The translations under genes were made by a program, and so were the position numbers. DNA of 64,000 bases. Origin: an uncultured Enterobacterales bacterium. Its GTDB lineage: Bacteria; Myxococcota_A; UBA796; JAFGLY01. Below, one piece after another: positions 60,254 through 64,000 of the stretch (position 1 is the first letter of the stretch; every line of letters begins with the position of its first letter). The notes under the pieces were generated by a model. The model worked only from the letters and a program-made list of their open reading frames with translations. It did not search any database and was not told where the DNA came from. Where the stretch lies: positions 11 through 64,010 of the forward strand of contig CAYVQL010000012.1 of assembly GCA_964454135.1 (NCBI GenBank), read 5' to 3'.

Positions 60254-62119
60254 ATGCCGCTGTTGGAGAGAGCGATGAGCGACCGGCCCCATCCCCCCGA
60301 TGATCCTCCGCGGACAGCCACGCCGCGGCCCGGGTCCGAGGGGGGGGGGGAGCCGCCCGGCTCCGAGGAGACGACCGATCCCGAGGCCATCGCCGCGAGC
60401 GTCGATGAGCGCCGCAGCGGCGTCCGCACCAGGATCTCGGAGCGTTCCAGCTACGTGGCGCGCGTCGGCGAAGCGGAGATCGTCTTCCGCGGCGTCGTCA
60501 CCAACTGGTCCGGGGGCGGGGTGTTCATCCGCACCGACGAGCCCTTGCTGGAGCTGGGTGCGGAGCTGCGCCTGGCGCTGATCGAGGATGGCCGCCGGGT
60601 CTATCGCCGGGGCGTGGTGCGCTGGGTTCACCAACCCCAGAGCATCGAAGAGCCCGCAGCTGGCATGGGAGTGGCGCTCCTCGAAGAGATCCCGCGGGAC
60701 GCCCCCTGGGGTGGCGAGAAGGCCACGGGAAACGGCGGCGCGCAGTACCACACGCCGCGCTTCCGGCCCCTGGCGGATTCCACGCACTTCGAGATGGAGA
60801 TCGAAGACGAGGAAGATTCTCTGCGGCGGAAGGGCCGCGAGCGCAAGCTGCGCCGCAAGTTCCGCTGGCTGACCTCCAAGCCGCAGCTGAGCGACGAAGG
60901 GCTGGCGGTCGACGCACCTCGGCCCCACAAGCTGGGGCTGCCTTCCGTGGCGGAGCTGCCTGCCGCGCGGGTGCCCGCGGGTCCAGGCCTCGACAGCTTC
61001 ACCGAGGCCTTCCTCCGCAAGAGCCTGGGGGACCACCTGGAGTGGATCTCTGCGGCGCTGCACTCGGGGTTGGTGGCTGCCGTGGACCGCGAGCTGGAGT
61101 GCTACCTGGCCGAACCCGCGCTGACCGAGCGCGGCCTCGGGCTGCCGGCCGAGCTGGGCGCCCTGAAGGTCGCCCTGGACCACCTGCAGCAGTGGTATCA
61201 ACCCCGGCTCGAGAAGTGGGACGAGGTCCGCTGGCGCAAGCTGATGAGCAGCGGTGAGAACGAGTCCTTCGACCGCATGGCGGGCATCATCCGCGAGGCC
61301 CTCTGGGAGCTGAGCCGGCTGCGGCTGGCCGATCTGGTGGAGCGCAGTGAGCGTGCGCACCAGCAGGCCATGAAGGACAAGCCTGCGCTGCGGGCCGAGA
61401 TCAGCAAGACGCGCGACGAGCTCGAGGGCCTGCGACGGGCCTATCGTCGCGAGCCCTACGGCAACCCGCAGGATGTCTCCTTCGCTTGTCGCGTGGAAGA
61501 GACCAATACGGCCCCCGTCGACCCGCAGCTGCGGCGCGTCTCGCGCTTCGTCGGCGGTGAGATGAATGAGCTGTCGGATGTGCTGGAGTTCGTGGCCGAG
61601 CCGGTGGGCTCCCTGGTGCGTCCGGTACAGAAGGCCCTCCTCGACCGGATCGCCGAGCAGGCCCACGACGCCGAGGCCCTGCTGCCCGCCCAGCTGTTGC
61701 GTCTGGCTCAGACGCACGGCGTCTACCAGCAGCGGTCCACCGAGCTGGAGCAGCTCGAGAAGGCGCTGCGGGATGGTCACAGGGCCATGTTGAGCCAGCT
61801 GGTGCAGCTGCGCAACTCTCTTGAGACCCTGGAGATCACGGTAGAGAGACTGGAGCGCTTCGCAGAGCGCTTCGAGGTGGGAGACCGCGCGCGAGAGGCG
61901 GCCGCCGAGCTGGCGGAGACTTACCACGGCCTGGTGCGTCGCATGGACGAGCTGATACCGGAGGTGGGTCTGGAAGAGGTCGCGCCCGCCCCCGAAGCCG
62001 ACAACGCCCCCGCGCCTCCGCAGGGCACCAAAGAGGTGGCCCGCGGCCCCCACGGTCTGCTGCAGAACGTGGTGCGCAAGAGCTATCGCTTCGAGTCCAC
62101 TGGGGAGCCGATCGCCTAG
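60254..62119 (+). CDS. PilZ-like domain protein with coiled-coil C-terminus
   Basis: ERRSGVR, NWSGGGVFI, GVVRWV, GMGVAL PilZ signatures; helical C-terminal half. Confidence 0.75.
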   Translation: MPLLERAMSDRPHPPDDPPRTATPRPGSEGGGEPPGSEETTDPEAIAASVDERRSGVRTRISERSSYVARVGEAEIVFRGVVTNWSGGGVFIRTDEPLLELGAELRLALIEDGRRVYRRGVVRWVHQPQSIEEPAAGMGVALLEEIPRDAPWGGEKATGNGGAQYHTPRFRPLADSTHFEMEIEDEEDSLRRKGRERKLRRKFRWLTSKPQLSDEGLAVDAPRPHKLGLPSVAELPAARVPAGPGLDSFTEAFLRKSLGDHLEWISAALHSGLVAAVDRELECYLAEPALTERGLGLPAELGALKVALDHLQQWYQPRLEKWDEVRWRKLMSSGENESFDRMAGIIREALWELSRLRLADLVERSERAHQQAMKDKPALRAEISKTRDELEGLRRAYRREPYGNPQDVSFACRVEETNTAPVDPQLRRVSRFVGGEMNELSDVLEFVAEPVGSLVRPVQKALLDRIAEQAHDAEALLPAQLLRLAQTHGVYQQRSTELEQLEKALRDGHRAMLSQLVQLRNSLETLEITVERLERFAERFEVGDRAREAAAELAETYHGLVRRMDELIPEVGLEEVAPAPEADNAPAPPQGTKEVARGPHGLLQNVVRKSYRFESTGEPIA

Positions 62120-62208
62120 GTTCTGTGCAGGTCCAGCAGCACCTTCCCCCCCCGCCTTGTTACTTGGGGCCCCTCGCGCAGCAGCGCCGATTGATCGAGG
62201 TACGCCCC

Positions 62209-64000
62209 ATGTATCGTCCCGTAGAGAAGATCCCCGATTTCCCTGCCATCGAACAGAAGCAGCTGGCCTTCTGGGAGCGCATCGGCGCCTTCGAGCAGCT
62301 GCGCGCCAAGAACGTCGACGGCCCTCGCTGGAGCTTCCTGGACGGGCCCATCACGGCCAACAACCCCATGGGCGTTCACCACGCCTGGGGCCGCTCCCTG
62401 AAGGACATGTACCAGCGCTACCACGCCATGCTGGGGCAGAAGCTGCGCTACCAGAACGGCTTCGACTGCCAGGGCCTGTGGGTCGAGGTCGAGGTGGAGA
62501 AGGAGCGCGGCTTCAAGTCCAAGAAAGACATCGAGGACTACGGCATGGCGCGCTTCATCGGCGACTGCAAGGCGCGCGTGGAGCGCTACGCGGCCGTACA
62601 GGCCGAGCAGTCCATCCGCCTGGGCTACTGGATGGACTGGAGCGACTCCTACTTCACCATGTCCGAGGACAACAACTACACCATCTGGAGCTTCCTCAAG
62701 AAGTGCCACGAGCGCGGCAAGATCCACCGTGGCTCCGACTCCATGCCCTGGTGCCCGCGCTGCGGCGTGGGCCTGTCCCAGATGGAGATGCACGAGGGCT
62801 ACAAGTGGGTCGAGCACCGCTCGGTCTTCGTGCGCTTCCCCATCCGCGGGCGCGAGAAAGAAGCCCTGCTGGTCTGGACCACCACGCCCTGGACCCTGAC
62901 GTCGAATGTGGGCGCCGCGGTGCATCCCGAGATGGCCTACCTGCAGGTTCGTCAGGGGGAATGGACGTATTACCTGGGCGCCGAGAACTGGGAGAACAAG
63001 CGCCGCATCGAGGTGGACGAGGGCGCCGGCAAGAAGCGGCGCGTCATCCAGCTCGAGACCCTGCCCCGCGCGCTGAAGCGCCACGGCCCCTGCGAGGTGG
63101 TGGGCGAGCTGAAGGGCGCCGAGCTGGTGGGCCTGGAGTACGACGGCCCCTTCGACGCCCTCGAGGCCCAGCAGGTGCCCGGCGGCTACCCCTTGACCGA
63201 CGACAGCCTGCTGGACCGCGCCGGCGTCAGCTGCCACCGGGTGATCGCCTGGGACGAGGTCACCGGCTCCGAGGGCACTGGCATCGTGCACATCGCTCCG
63301 GGCTGCGGAAAAGAGGACTACCTGCTGGGCAAGGAGCTGGGCCTGGTGGCGCTGTCCCCATTGGACGAGGCGGGTTGCTTCCTGCCCAGGTACGGCTGGC
63401 TGGCCGGTCGCTCGGCCCACGACGTGGCCGACGACATCGTGGCCGACCTGAAGGCGCGCGGCGTTCTCATCAGCGCCGAGAACTACCCCCACCGCTACGC
63501 CCACTGCTGGCGCTGCGGCACGCCCATCCTCTACCGCCTGGTGGACGAGTGGTTCATCCGCATGGACTGGCGCGATGAGATCATGAAGACCGTGCCCCAG
63601 GTCCGCTGGATCCCTGACTACGGCGAGCAGCTGGAGATGAACTGGCTCGAGAACATGGGCGACTGGATGATCTCCAAGAAGCGCTACTGGGGCCTGGCGC
63701 TGCCCATCTGGGAGTGTCCCGACTGCGAGAGCTTCACGGTGGTGGGCAGCCGCGAGGAGCTGCAGGAAAAAGCCGTGGCCGGTTGGGAAGAGTTCGACGG
63801 CCACAGCCCGCACCGCCCCTTCGTGGATGCGGTCAAGATCCGCTGCGAGCGCTGTGGCGGCACGGCCCAGCGCATCCCCGACGTGGGCAATCCCTGGCTG
63901 GACGCCGGCATCGTGCCCTACTCCACCATCGGCTTCAACCGCGATCGGGCCTACTGGGAGCGCTGGTTTCCGGCCGACCTGGTGCTGGAGTGCTTCCCGG
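62209..64000 (+). CDS. ileS: Isoleucine--tRNA ligase, type 2 (runs off window end)
   Basis: DGPITAN.PMGVHHAWGR, GFDCQGL, WTTTPWTL, GTGIVHIAPG, HCWRC, DWMISKKRYWG; absent from the ORF track because no stop lies in the window. Confidence 0.95.
   Translation, partial: MYRPVEKIPDFPAIEQKQLAFWERIGAFEQLRAKNVDGPRWSFLDGPITANNPMGVHHAWGRSLKDMYQRYHAMLGQKLRYQNGFDCQGLWVEVEVEKERGFKSKKDIEDYGMARFIGDCKARVERYAAVQAEQSIRLGYWMDWSDSYFTMSEDNNYTIWSFLKKCHERGKIHRGSDSMPWCPRCGVGLSQMEMHEGYKWVEHRSVFVRFPIRGREKEALLVWTTTPWTLTSNVGAAVHPEMAYLQVRQGEWTYYLGAENWENKRRIEVDEGAGKKRRVIQLETLPRALKRHGPCEVVGELKGAELVGLEYDGPFDALEAQQVPGGYPLTDDSLLDRAGVSCHRVIAWDEVTGSEGTGIVHIAPGCGKEDYLLGKELGLVALSPLDEAGCFLPRYGWLAGRSAHDVADDIVADLKARGVLISAENYPHRYAHCWRCGTPILYRLVDEWFIRMDWRDEIMKTVPQVRWIPDYGEQLEMNWLENMGDWMISKKRYWGLALPIWECPDCESFTVVGSREELQEKAVAGWEEFDGHSPHRPFVDAVKIRCERCGGTAQRIPDVGNPWLDAGIVPYSTIGFNRDRAYWERWFPADLVLECFP

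Noticed and set aside
62116-63813. 565-aa minus-strand and 473-aa plus-strand ORFs
   Set aside because: Shadows of ileS, which runs from 62209 off the window end

Overview
GC-rich bacterial window. Several secreted proteins end in a GCGC-hydrophobic-RRR tail (MYXO-CTERM-like), which suggests a Myxococcota/deltaproteobacteria-like organism (inference). Recognisable genes: recC-recB-recD, speD, a 3'-truncated type 2 ileS, a Cache/HAMP adenylate cyclase, a di-heme cytochrome c peroxidase, a ferredoxin + aldehyde:ferredoxin oxidoreductase pair, PhoD, a sulfatase-like enzyme and many secreted or lipoproteins. Main findings: (1) a 0.6-6.1 kb module encoding a 1185-aa soluble protein with a degenerate C-terminal histidine-kinase domain coupled to an unrecognised 618-aa protein, with a divergent ~65-nt small-RNA candidate that has its own promoter and terminator; (2) a three-gene split PEP-synthase-like phosphotransferase, with one ATP-grasp subunit between two different His-swivel subunits; (3) a twin hairpin repeat at 27.5 kb whose differences preserve pairing; (4) an apparently exact 4574-bp tandem duplication with a 2-bp microhomology junction; (5) two disrupted genes. 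All family calls come from motif recognition by eye; no searches were run.
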